Below, piece after piece: positions 20,487-31,147 of a stretch of 64,000 nt of DNA (positions are counted from its first letter, which is position 1; each line of letters opens with the position of its first letter). The translations under genes and the position numbers were made by a program. The stretch is from positions 4,160,001 through 4,224,000 of the forward strand of contig OZ244587.1 of the NCBI GenBank assembly GCA_965218095.1, written 5' to 3'. The notes under the pieces were generated by a model. That model saw nothing but the letters and a program-made list of their open reading frames with translations, was not told where the DNA came from and searched no databases. The DNA is from Candidatus Poribacteria bacterium (lineage in GTDB: Bacteria; Poribacteria; WGA-4E; PCPOR2b).

Positions 20487-21344
20487 ATGAAGAGTTTTCA
20501 AGAGTTCAAAATTGGTAATGGGAGTATAATCAAGGGAGATTGTCTTTCGGTAATGAGGGCATTGCCTGACAATCACTTCATACTTGGATTTACGTCCCCA
20601 CCTTACCTGAATGCAATCAACTACGATGAACATATTGAAAAACTTCAAGGCGCAAGAGATCGATGGGAAAGGGAAGATATCTCTTACGATGAATATAGGA
20701 TTTTCCTCGTCGAGCGGTTCGAAGAGCTATTAAGAATCACCAGGCCAGGGGGGCACAACGTGGTGAATATTGCACCTGTCTCTTGGAATGGTAGGCGGAC
20801 AGCACTTCCGTTTCATTTTGTGGCTTGGCTCGAGCAGATTGGCTGGAAATTTAAGGAAGATATTATCTGGGAAAAGCCAATTGCGAGGGATAGGCGGTCA
20901 GGCGTTTTATTGCAGCACCCTTACCCCGGCTACTACTACCCAAGCTTGGTTGCTGAGTATATTTTTGTTTTCCAAAAGCCTGCGGATAAGAAAAGTCAAA
21001 ATAACATTTATTGGAGCAGAAGTGAAGCGGAAAAAGAAAATAACAGAATTGATATATCGGACTATCAGGGTGAAAAAAGTAAAAACGTCTGGAGAATTCG
21101 TCCGTTAGCCCCTCAAGAGAATCAGCATCCGTGTCCATTTCCCGTGGAGCTCGCTGAGAGGGTTATTCAGTTTTACTCTTATGAGGGTGATTATGTCATT
21201 GATGTATTTACAGGTAGTGGGCAGACAAATTGTGCCGCAGAAAGGCTTGGCAGGAAACACTTGGGAATTGAAACGCAACAGAAATATGTTGATTGTTCAA
21301 TTGACCAACTTAACCAGATTGTCGCACAATATCAACTGTTTTAA
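20487..21344 (+). CDS. Beta-class N4-C/N6-A DNA methyltransferase
   Basis: FTSPPY before HPCPFP and DVFTGSG. Confidence 0.92.
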   Translation: MKSFQEFKIGNGSIIKGDCLSVMRALPDNHFILGFTSPPYLNAINYDEHIEKLQGARDRWEREDISYDEYRIFLVERFEELLRITRPGGHNVVNIAPVSWNGRRTALPFHFVAWLEQIGWKFKEDIIWEKPIARDRRSGVLLQHPYPGYYYPSLVAEYIFVFQKPADKKSQNNIYWSRSEAEKENNRIDISDYQGEKSKNVWRIRPLAPQENQHPCPFPVELAERVIQFYSYEGDYVIDVFTGSGQTNCAAERLGRKHLGIETQQKYVDCSIDQLNQIVAQYQLF

Positions 21345-21371
21345 TTTGTGATAGACGTGAAAGGTGATTCG

Positions 21372-22434
21372 ATGGATATTTTTGCAGACATTATAAGGGG
21401 TCAAATACACCCCGCTTTTATGCAAAAGCCTCGATATTTTTAACGCCGACGAGATTGATAAAGCACTTTCAACAAAGGCAACTTTCATACTAAAAGTCAG
21501 TCCAGAACATCAAATCGCTGTGAGTTGGTGGGTTTCTCCGAAAAGAACAAGATCCTACCCCTACACAAGGGTTTATGATACCCTTAACTTTTCCGGGAAG
21601 AAAATCATGATAATACCCATTTTGAAGGACGAAGGTAAAGAAGGAGATAGAGATTTCCTACAGTGGGATACTATCTCTTTAATGAGCTTATTGGGAGGCT
21701 ATGTGATTATCACGTATTACGCTGATGCCTCAAAGAGTACGAGATACAAGCATAAAATAACCAATCAAAGGTTTGATCCGGAGGAGATAAAAAGTAGGAT
21801 TGAGGAACTTTTGTCTTATCAGTCTGATGCTCTGCATTGGAACTTATCTGAGGTAAAGCATGTCGGCGAAATTGGTCAGAGAGCGTTGAGGGCTTATACA
21901 TATATTTCAGAAAAGCTGAATGTTGAGATGCACTCATGGAAATCCGCTGAAAAAAGAATCAATCTCCTTCTTGGCGACAAAGCCGAATTTATAATCCTAT
22001 CAAGGAATTTAGCCCAGGAGGCACAGAAAAGAGAGCGACTTACGACTCAACCGAAAGAGCATCTAACTGGAATTAAGGGTACGCTTACTATCAAGAACTA
22101 TCTTGGTGGTTATTACTACTTGACTTGTGATGAGATTGAAATTCATGGAGATGAAATATATCTCATAGAAGGAAAACATACGAGAACAAGCAAACTGCCA
22201 TCTCTTACAGATATAAAAGATGGATTACTGAGAATGATACTCTTTACAAATCTGGAGAACCTGAGAGTTGACGAGGTAAATTACAATCCCGTGCCAATTC
22301 TGAAACTGACAACAGGTGATGGCTTCAATATCAAATCGCTCAACCGTTCTCAGGAACGCCTTCTTACGGATTTAAAGAAAGAAGCAGAAACCAATGGATT
22401 TCGGGTGATGATCAATGATGCGTTTTATATATAA
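21372..22434 (+). pseudogene. Probable type II restriction endonuclease with a +1 frameshift near the 5' end (main ORF 21520-22434)
   Basis: Adjacent to the MTase; CDEIE...LIEGK PD-(D/E)xK-like motif; ATG 21372 is out of frame by one base with the open frame GVKYTPLLCK...SWWVSPKRTRSYPY. Confidence 0.65.
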
Positions 22435-22457
22435 TCGTAACCCAAGTTGCTAGTAAT

Positions 22458-23568
22458 TGAGGGGTGTGCATAAATATAGTTGACATAATCAAGCCAAAAG
22501 GGTTTCCTATTGTTATCATAGCAAAAGGAGCCCCAATATGGTACAAAGACCAATGTTGGCTGATTATGTCACTCTTATTATGCAACTCTTTGAGCAGTTT
22601 ATGCAACACCGTATTGACAAACCAGGTGTCACACACGCAAAACCATTGACATATTCAACCACCTCGTTTATCATTTTCTTCATGTTGATGCAGTTTCACG
22701 GCATCTATGGCTTCAAAACGCAATGGCGGTGGCTAATCAATCACCCAGAAGTGTTACAAATGCTGGGGTGGCAACAGCCCCCTCATCGAACCACGATTGC
22801 ACGTCGCTATAAGGCATTATATGAAGTGATAGAGGCATTTGTATTGTTTATCGGTCAGTATGCCACTGACTTGTCCCAACAATTCAACTTGGCTCATCTG
22901 GTAGCCGACAAAAGTTTATTTAAGGCACGAGGACCCGTCTGGCATCAAACTGACCGCAAAGCAGGAAAAGCACCTAAACATCTACGCAACCTCGACACCG
23001 ATGCCACGTGGAGCAAGAGTGGTTATCATGGCTGGGTCTATGGCTACGGACTTCACATTATCTGCACACAAGGTGCGTTCCCAACACTGATAACTGTGCA
23101 CCGTGCGTCGGTCTCCGAAAGTTGGGCGATAGATGCTAAAGCGTCTGAGATTCTGACACAACTTTCACCGCAGACACTCACTGCCGATGATGCCTATACC
23201 CAAGCAGACCGTATCCGTCGTTGGGCGAAGGCACAAGTCGCTTTGATTACCCCGGCACTTAGATGGACAAAGGGACGGTTTGCCAAGGCGTATCATCGAT
23301 TTATCAACCAACCCAAGCAGCGTCTCTGTTTAAGCAAACGTCGCAGTTCGGTTGAACCGTTGTTTGACTTGATTGCTAAAGTGATAGGCACCACTCCTCA
23401 ACAGAAGCAGTTACCGGTCAAGGGGTTTTTCAATGTACGCTGTTGTTTAGCTATCGGGGTGTTATCAGTGCAAGTGGCTATGATTGCCAATGCCATATGG
23501 AAGTTACCTGCTCGCAATATCTCTCATATGGCGGCTGTTTTCCAATGAACTACTATGCACACCCCTCA
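22458..23568 (+). mobile_element. IS with intact DDE transposase 22538-23548 (IS982/IS5-like DDE_Tnp_1)
   Basis: 15-bp IR TGAGGGGTGTGCATA / TATGCACACCCCTCA; 6-bp TSD AGTAAT (22452-22457, 23569-23574); VADKS, YGYGLH, ADDAY, RSSVEPLF. Confidence 0.9.
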
Positions 23569-23656
23569 AGTAATTACGCAATAAGTAGTTTTGGACTTGG
23601 GAAAAGTTTTGGAAGTTTATCAGAGAACCTATACGATTCTAATTGGAGGGTAGGCA

Positions 23657-26600
23657 ATGAGAACAAAATTTTCCGATGAAGAACGTCTTTGTTTCTATAA
23701 TGCTATCGTTTATCTTGATGACAAGGGTGAGTTTGTAACCGTTGATAAAAGTAATGATACTTTGACTTACAATGAAGGAAAAATAGAGAGTGCAGAAAAA
23801 ATATCGGGCATCCCTAATGATGAAGAACTGACCCGATGCTTGATATTGCTTAACCTCATAAAGAACTATAACCACAAGCCTGAAAGAATTAAGATTGAAG
23901 ATCGCTTCAAAATTGGCGGGAGAGACTCGAATTGGGCAAAAGCCGTAGAAACTGATATTATCATCAAGAATGAACAGGGCGAAATTGATATAGTTTGTGA
24001 GGTAAAGCGCGTCCACAACTATAAAGGTGTGGACGATACTTCTATCGAAAAACAGTTATTTGACCCATATAATGGCGTTGTAAAATACAATTCAGCGAAG
24101 TATCTCTTCTTTTTGTCTGTTGATGTTCCCCTTAGTAAAGACCAGTTTCCATTAAATTGTATCGGGATTGATACTAGCATATCAAATACCTATGCCAAGT
24201 GGACAAAGCAAGGCAGAACACCGCATCTTGTTGATATTGTTCGACCTGATGAGAAACCAGTTATTCAGGATGTTTTCGTCAAGCTTTCTGGCGATAAGGA
24301 AAATTTACAGGAGAACTACAAAGACTAAAGTGGACCCATTGTCGAGGCCAAAATACAGGAAAAATAAGTAAGATATTTGAGATAAACTGACACTGCTTTA
24401 GCTCAGATAGACCTCAGCCGGGGTAGCATAATTTAGACTCTGGTGAGGTCGCTGTTGATTATAGAAACGGATATATTGAGTTAATCCATCAAACAGGGCT
24501 TGCCCTGTTTGGTAAAGTTTGTGATAAACATCTTCATACTTGACGCTTCGCCAAAACCGCTCAATGTAAATGTTGTCAATGGCTCTCCCCACGCTGTCCA
24601 TACTCATAGCAATACCATCGGCTTCGACCGTATCGGTGAAAGCATTGGCTGTAAACTGGACACCTTGGTCAGTATTGAAGATGATGGGGGTTGCCCCAGA
24701 TAATGCGTGATGCAAAGCGTCGAGACAGAACTGCCCTGATAGACTATTGGATAACTCCCAAGTGATGACGTAACGACTATACCAGTCGAGTATCGCCACC
24801 AGATACATAAACCCTTTATCCATCGGGATATAGGTAATGTCAGCCGACCAGACCTCATTGGCAGCGGTCACCTCATAGTCCCGTAATAGGTATGGGTAAA
24901 TCCGATGCTCGCTGTTGATGGCTGAGGGTTTGGGATAAATCGCTTCTATACCCATCAAACGCATCAGTCGCTGGATGCGTTTGCGGTTCACACGGTAGCC
25001 AAGCCGCTTAAGATGTTGTGTCATTCGACGACTCCCATAGAAAGGGGTTTGCAGATAGTGCTCATCTATTTGTCTCATCAGATGCAGATTGTCTGCTGAC
25101 TCTGTAGCCGGTTGACAGTAGAGGGTTGACCGGGAAAAACCGAGTAATTCACACTGACGACGGATACTCAGTTTCAGGTGGTCGGGTTCAACGAGTGCCC
25201 GTCTCTGTTCAGCGGCTTGAGGCAGCTTTTTTTTTCAACCAGTCGAGTTCCATATTCAACCGCCCCATTTGCTCATACAGGCTCGACTCCCTGTCATTTT
25301 GCTCACGCTGTCGCTGGGTCGGGTTGGTAGCGAAAATATCGCTACCTTGTTCAAGCAACTGTTTCTTCCATTGGCTGATTTGGCTTGGGTGCAACTGATG
25401 CTCGCTTGCCAATTGGTTGATAGTTTTATCGGGCTTGATGGCTTCAACGGCTATTTGAAACTTGAATTTGGCAGTATGCCGAATCCGTTTGGTTGACATA
25501 TTCAGACCTCCATTGGTGGACGGGAGTTAGACGTTATTTCTTACTTAACTCCTGGCCCGAATATTGGGGACCATTATAGACTTAGACGATAATTTCGGGA
25601 TAGATATTCTTAGACGCACTTGGAGTAATCTTTGGGATTATATTTGGGGTGGAACGCTTGAAGATAACAAGAAATTTGAGAATTTTAACAAGGTTTTGCT
25701 TGCTAAAATTTATGATGAGCGAAAAACCAAGAGAGGTACAGCCTATCAGTTTCAACGAAAATTTAAAGGGGATGTTCCACAAACTGACGTAGAGCTCGCT
25801 AATGATGTTGACCTACTGTATCGACGAGCATTTCTAGAATATTTGTCGAAGGACAAGAATATAGAGCTAAAAGATGCAAAGGGCATCGACTTTAAGGAAT
25901 TTTCTCCTCACTTGGTTAGCAAATGCGTAGAATATTTATGTTCCCTTTCGTTTCAGAAGAGTCGATACCGAAACGTAGATGTATTAGGCGAGTTTTACGA
26001 GATGGTCATTAGGGAAGCATTTAAGCAGACAAAGGGGCTTTTCCTAACCCACCCGAATATCGTTTTGTTTATTCTCGCAGTGCTTGAAGTTGAAAAACTG
26101 GTCAGCGAGAAATTGGCAAATCCTGATGAAGACATTCGGTATAGGCTACCCTTTGTGGTAGACCCTAGTTGCGGTACTGGCACTTTCCTTGTGCATTATA
26201 TGAGGTATGTCCAGAAGTATGTAAATGAGAATCACAGAGCAATTTCGGCAGGGGATGACGATATAGCAGAATTTATCAAAAGCAATATGTCAGAGAGCAA
26301 TGCTTACAAGTGGGTAATAGATTATGTTTACGGAATTGACGATGAGCAAGTATTAGCTACGGCTTGTCAAATCAATATGATTCTTCATGGTGATGGTAGC
26401 ACTAATATCTATGGTACAGATGGGTTGGATAGTTTTGAGAATTATTCAAGACTGGAGGTTACGGGAGCGAATAATATCGTATCCTCAAACCCAAAAACTA
26501 GCAGAACATATTACCCGAAAAGCACTATTGACAAGTTTGATTTAGTCATTTCAAATCCACCGTTCAACGTTAACATTAACAGAGCTTCTATCCAGCAAAA

Positions 26601-27390
26601 CTTTAAGATTAGAGGAAAATCGGAGGCATATTTTCTCGAACGTTGGTATCAACTACTAAAACCTGGCGGAAGAATCGGAGTCGTTCTACCTGAAAGTTTC
26701 TTTTCTGTAGAGGACGATATTGACGGGAGGTTGTTTCTCTATAGGCATTTCAACATTAAAGCTATAGTATCCCTTCCGAATCATGCTTTTTCCCCTCACA
26801 CAACGACATCTACGAGCCTCTTATTTGCGAAAAAAAAGACCCAAGAGGAGGAGGAACAGTTTCAAGAATTGTGGGAAGAGTTTTCAACCTTATTTGATGA
26901 AAAATACAGCCATTTTGGCGGCATTCTGTCATCCCCAAGAAGCAGTATAAGTTTTGAACAGGCAGACATCGCACAGTCCGAAAGTATCAAGGATTTCTTA
27001 AGAAAAGCCGAAACATTCCTAGACGAGGAATTTGGGGAAAAGTTTGTAATTTTGCCGTACTTTTCGGATTCTTTCTTGTTTGATGCTACTAATTTTAGTC
27101 AGCTAAAGAAAAAGATAAAAGATACAGTCTCAGGTGTTAGAGAGAGATGGGTTTTATGGCACGTTGCCAAGAAAATTAAGAGCGAGTTTTACAATCTCTC
27201 TATTTCTGAAATCGGCTATAAAGCAGGTAAGAAAGGCTCAAAGGATAAACCTAACGAACTTATGGAAATACGGGACGACAACGCCGGGCAAATTTACAAC
27301 CTAAAGTATGCACACTCTTGGCGTAGAATTAATGCGCTAAATGAGAGCACGGCTCTAGGACAACTCAAGAGGTTAAAGCTATGGCAATAA
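23657..27390 (+). pseudogene. Fused nuclease-N6-adenine MTase (type IIB/IIG-like RM subunit, ~825 aa when rejoined), interrupted by IS3
   Basis: N-terminal ETDIII...CEVK nuclease-like motif; GLFLTHPNI, DPSCGTG, NPPF; excision restores ENYKD-LDDNFG in frame. Confidence 0.85.
24326..25578 (-). mobile_element. IS3-family element, orfA 25209-25499 and orfB 24398 to ~25210, with -1 frameshift signal
   Basis: Imperfect IR TAAAGTGGACCC / GGGGACCATTATA; 3-bp TSD GAC; A9G slippery run near 25226-25235; WSADITYI, NTDQGVQF, DNIYIERFWRSVKYE. Confidence 0.93.
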
Positions 27391-28124
27391 TAATAGAGCA
27401 GAATTCACTTGACCATCTAGCTAGGTTCTCACCAGTCAGGTGTGACACACACTTCAAGCACAATATTAAGCAAGCCGCGAGTTTTTTTTCTGACACCAGA
27501 ATTACTTGGTCTACTCTCGGTTCAGTCTTGGAAGAAGTACGAAATGGCATGAATGTTAAGACCGATTACTACTCTATGGAGGAAACTAGCACGCTCTATC
27601 TGTCGGTCTCCCAAATCAAAGAATATGGTCTGATAGATAAAAATCAAAACTATTTGACCGATGAAGTCAAAGACCTAAAAAGTTACTTTGAACTAGAACC
27701 GAACATGCTTCTAGTCACAAGGTCAGGTACTATTGGCGTGGCACTATCCACAAATCATCCGTCCTTTAACTTTGACGAATACACCTATGTTGCCTCTGGT
27801 TTCGTAATAACCGCCAAAGTTAAGGAAGGGTTCTCAGCAAACACAATAGCAGGCTATATTAACTTGTTTGATATTCAGAAATACCTCACGGCTATGGCGG
27901 CGGGTGCATGCCAAAAGAACATCGCACAACCCATTGTAAATAATCTACCAATTCCAGAGCACCTATTGAACGGCGCAACTGAAGTAGAACAGTGTTTCAC
28001 GGAGTACGAAGATAAAAGCCGAGAGATACTTGAGTCTATAGCCTTACTAGAGAAAAAACTCTCTGAATTGAAGTCTGAGGTATCAAACTCGGTAAAAAGT
28101 AGGATAACTAACTTTTATAAGTAA
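27381..28124 (+). CDS. R-M specificity subunit, single-TRD (half-size HsdS-like)
   Basis: LLVTRSGTIG, GACQKNI, NLPIP followed by a coiled coil; overlaps the MTase stop. Confidence 0.75.
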   Translation: MAIIIEQNSLDHLARFSPVRCDTHFKHNIKQAASFFSDTRITWSTLGSVLEEVRNGMNVKTDYYSMEETSTLYLSVSQIKEYGLIDKNQNYLTDEVKDLKSYFELEPNMLLVTRSGTIGVALSTNHPSFNFDEYTYVASGFVITAKVKEGFSANTIAGYINLFDIQKYLTAMAAGACQKNIAQPIVNNLPIPEHLLNGATEVEQCFTEYEDKSREILESIALLEKKLSELKSEVSNSVKSRITNFYK

Positions 28125-28216
28125 AAGAAAAACTTTCATGTCGTGTTCTTTATTAAGTCCAAAAGTACTTATTGCGATTAATTATTACCAAAACTGTTGA
28201 ATCAAGGAGTGGAAGC

Positions 28217-29065
28217 ATGTCAGCATCAGTCCAACGCGGAACTGAGTTCACGATCAACGTTCGCTATTACTGTCGTCAAACGGTATTTCCCAAAGATCCC
28301 GTCCCTGCCCGGGGGTTTCGGGGACATGTCGAGAAACCCCTCCTCCTGAGAGCTGACGATACTGTAATTGCTTGCATGCATGTGCTGAATGTCGGCTTCC
28401 CGGGAGGAATCGACTGGTCCGAGGGTTCACCCGCATGGCAAACCTACAGCGCGGTTGAGAGTGTACCCCGCATGAAGGAAATTGTGGAAGAGCACCTCGC
28501 GCCCTTGATTGAAGCGGCACACCGTGTGGGCATACGCGTGATTCATTTGCTGTCCGGCGTGGAGTCCTCGAAAAATTACCCGCAGTGGCGAGAAATCGCA
28601 TCCCGAGTCGAAGAGGATGAAAAACCCGCATTACCGGTCGGCCCAAACAGAGATTGGCGTCAAGAGTTCTTAACGGACGTGTTCGGGCCAGGCTTTGCAC
28701 ATGGCTCAAATGAACTGGAGTCGCTCCTGGATGTGGTGCCCCCGGTGAAACCCACACCAGAAGATTGGGTCGTCACAACGACTCAGCAGGCAACGACCCT
28801 CTTAAGCGAAAACGGAATCGGCAATATCCTTTATACCGGGTTTGACACCGGCGGCTGTCTGATGATATCTCCGGGCGGCTTGCGGCCAATGGCCGGACCG
28901 TTGAAATACCGGACTATCGTCCTGCGTGACTGTACGACGAACGGGGAAACCGCCGAAACCGTAGAGAACCTGGAAATTACGAAGGCGTCGTTGTACCAGA
29001 TCGAAATGTTCCGAGGCTACACCGCCCTCGGAGCTCATGTGCGTGAGGTCTTGAACCGTTTGTGA
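28217..29065 (+). CDS. Isochorismatase/cysteine hydrolase-like protein
   Basis: AAHRVGIRVIH, ILYTGFDTGGCL, VLRDCT. Confidence 0.65.
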   Translation: MSASVQRGTEFTINVRYYCRQTVFPKDPVPARGFRGHVEKPLLLRADDTVIACMHVLNVGFPGGIDWSEGSPAWQTYSAVESVPRMKEIVEEHLAPLIEAAHRVGIRVIHLLSGVESSKNYPQWREIASRVEEDEKPALPVGPNRDWRQEFLTDVFGPGFAHGSNELESLLDVVPPVKPTPEDWVVTTTQQATTLLSENGIGNILYTGFDTGGCLMISPGGLRPMAGPLKYRTIVLRDCTTNGETAETVENLEITKASLYQIEMFRGYTALGAHVREVLNRL

Positions 29066-29083
29066 AAGGAGGTGCCCTAAGCC

Positions 29084-30508
29084 ATGACAAAGAGCAAAAT
29101 CAATGACACATACGAGTACGTCACCGAGCAGCGTCGAACGCCGGTGGCGCGCGAGGTGGACGTTCTGGTCGCAGGCGGCGGCATTGCGGGCTGCTTCGCA
29201 GCGATCACCGCGGCACGGATGGGGGCCCGAACCATGGTGGTTGACCGTTTCGGACAGCTCGGTGGAAACATGGGCCCAGGGCTCATCGCCGGAGGAACCC
29301 TGGCGTACTTCGGTTCCATCGTCGGCGGGCCGCCGGCGCTGACAAAGGAGTTCCTCCGGCGCGTGGCCGGTCTGCGCGGCCACAGCCGTGGCAACGTGCA
29401 CAAAGCGAGCGCCGCCTCCTATGTCGCCACGAAAATGCTCGTTGACGCCGACGCAGAGATCACGCTCTCGACCTTCCTTTGCGATCCCATAGTCTCCGAT
29501 GGCACGGTGAAAGGCGCATTCATCGAGAACAAGTCGGGCCGGCAGGCAATCCTGTCGAAAACGGTGCTGGAGGCCTCCGGGGAGGCCGACGTAGCCGCCC
29601 GGGCCGGCGCACCCATGTTTCGCGCGCCCGACGTCGTCTCCCAGGACATCCTCGACGCGATGGAGAAGCTCAAACCTCAATTTCCAAAATGGAGTGGAGC
29701 TGAACTGTCGCGCTTCTGTGGGCTTCCATCCCTGGGCTGTGGCTATCAGGTCGCCGGTATAGAGGGGGCACGCGCCAGGGAGTTTCTTGACAGCGGCGAA
29801 AATGATCTCGGGGCCGATCCGTTCCAACAGGAACGGGAAATTGACGGCCTCGGGGTGGTCTACTTCAGCCCCTCCCCCAGCCAAATCGCCGCGGGATGCG
29901 GCGCCGAGAGCAAACTCCTGCAGGGGAGACTGGAGGTCAAGAATGAGACGGAGGTCGGAAAGGTGAAGATAGACACCGGAAACGGCGACCACATCTCCAA
30001 GCTTGAGCTGCACGCTCGCCTCTACATGTTCGAGGTGGTGGAACAGCTTCGTACCTCGGTTCCGGGATTTGAAAAAGCGTACCTGGCACAGCTTGGACCG
30101 TACCTGCACTGCCGGGGCGGCACGTGCATTGATGGCGAGCATTTCGTCACAGCCATCGACATGCTCAATCGCAGCCACTTCGACGACGTTATTTTCGTCC
30201 CAGCGCTGGTTGATGACCATGGCAGGCAGATCGGGCCGAATTGCGACGCGCCGTATCGTTCGATGGTCCCGAAGGGATTGGACGGGCTTCTGGCGATAGG
30301 CCGAAGCGCCTCGCACCGCCGGTTACTGCGGACAAGACCCAACGCCATGTTGTATGGAATTGCCGCAGGCGCAGCAGCAGCAATAGCGGCGCAGGACGAC
30401 ACGACAGCCAGGACCGTGGACATGAAGACGCTGCAAAGGTATTTGCTCGACGCCAGAGTGTTTCTCGGCGACGCTTCACGACTGGAGGCACTTGGCCTCA
30501 CCTCGTAG
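29084..30508 (+). CDS. FAD-dependent oxidoreductase
   Basis: DVLVAGGGIAG, LEASGEADVA, PYRSMVPKGLDGLLAIGRS. Confidence 0.88.
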   Translation: MTKSKINDTYEYVTEQRRTPVAREVDVLVAGGGIAGCFAAITAARMGARTMVVDRFGQLGGNMGPGLIAGGTLAYFGSIVGGPPALTKEFLRRVAGLRGHSRGNVHKASAASYVATKMLVDADAEITLSTFLCDPIVSDGTVKGAFIENKSGRQAILSKTVLEASGEADVAARAGAPMFRAPDVVSQDILDAMEKLKPQFPKWSGAELSRFCGLPSLGCGYQVAGIEGARAREFLDSGENDLGADPFQQEREIDGLGVVYFSPSPSQIAAGCGAESKLLQGRLEVKNETEVGKVKIDTGNGDHISKLELHARLYMFEVVEQLRTSVPGFEKAYLAQLGPYLHCRGGTCIDGEHFVTAIDMLNRSHFDDVIFVPALVDDHGRQIGPNCDAPYRSMVPKGLDGLLAIGRSASHRRLLRTRPNAMLYGIAAGAAAAIAAQDDTTARTVDMKTLQRYLLDARVFLGDASRLEALGLTS

Positions 30509-30653
30509 CCGAAGTCGTCAGAATAGCGTTGATCCGACCGGTTTTAGGTGTCACGACTTGGGGCGATAGGTGACCGAAGAATCGCGTTTCCAGGTTCATC
30601 ACACCCTTCTCAATGAGATATGACTCGAACAAATCTGTCAATACCACAGAGGG

Positions 30654-30965
30654 GTGGCAAACGGCGAAACCTTCGGGGAGTTCTCTGCTCGGGTTGCGGC
30701 TTTCTGCGATAAGATTGTCCAGAGTCACCTCAGCGATCGTATCGTGGTTATCGCTCATGCCGGGACGATCGATGCAGCCATTCGCTGGTCTGTCGGCCTT
30801 ACGCCGGCAAGCCCGTGGCAACACGAGTTTGATCTTGCTAACGGCTCAATCACAGAGCTGGAGTTTTGGCCTCAAGGTCATGTCCCGGGTGGGGCGCCTC
30901 GCTACGCTGTCCTGCGTTGTGTCGGCGACGTGGCGCACTTGGGCGATTTAATCAGCGATCTTTAG
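30654..30965 (+). pseudogene. Histidine phosphatase family C-terminal fragment
   Basis: GETFGEF, IVVIAHAGTI, NGSITEL; N-terminal RHG motif absent. Confidence 0.7.
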
Positions 30966-30978
30966 TGTCAGTCTAGTT

Positions 30979-31007
30979 CGTAGATTGGGCTGAGGAACGA
31001 AACCCAA
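30979..31007 (+). repeat. REP-like hairpin CGTAGATTGGGCTGAGGAACGAAACCCAA
   Basis: GTAG guide-like start with a TTGGG/CCCAA stem. Confidence 0.5.
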
Positions 31008-31147
31008 TACCCAGCTTTCACCTAACAAGCCGTTGCAGTTCACGTCTGAGCAAGCCAAGAATAAGAAGATTGAGGTCAAAAAGGAACTTTTCCGGGAGGC
31101 GGCTCTAACAGAGGCACTACCACAATCAGAAGAATCAGGAGGGCAAG

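Noticed and set aside
28802-30316. 504-aa minus-strand ORF
   Set aside because: Antisense shadow of the GC-rich FAD oxidoreductase; no motifs
10153-31040. Functional integron or cassette array
   Set aside because: Only two isolated half sites 21 kb apart, no complementary arms, no integrase
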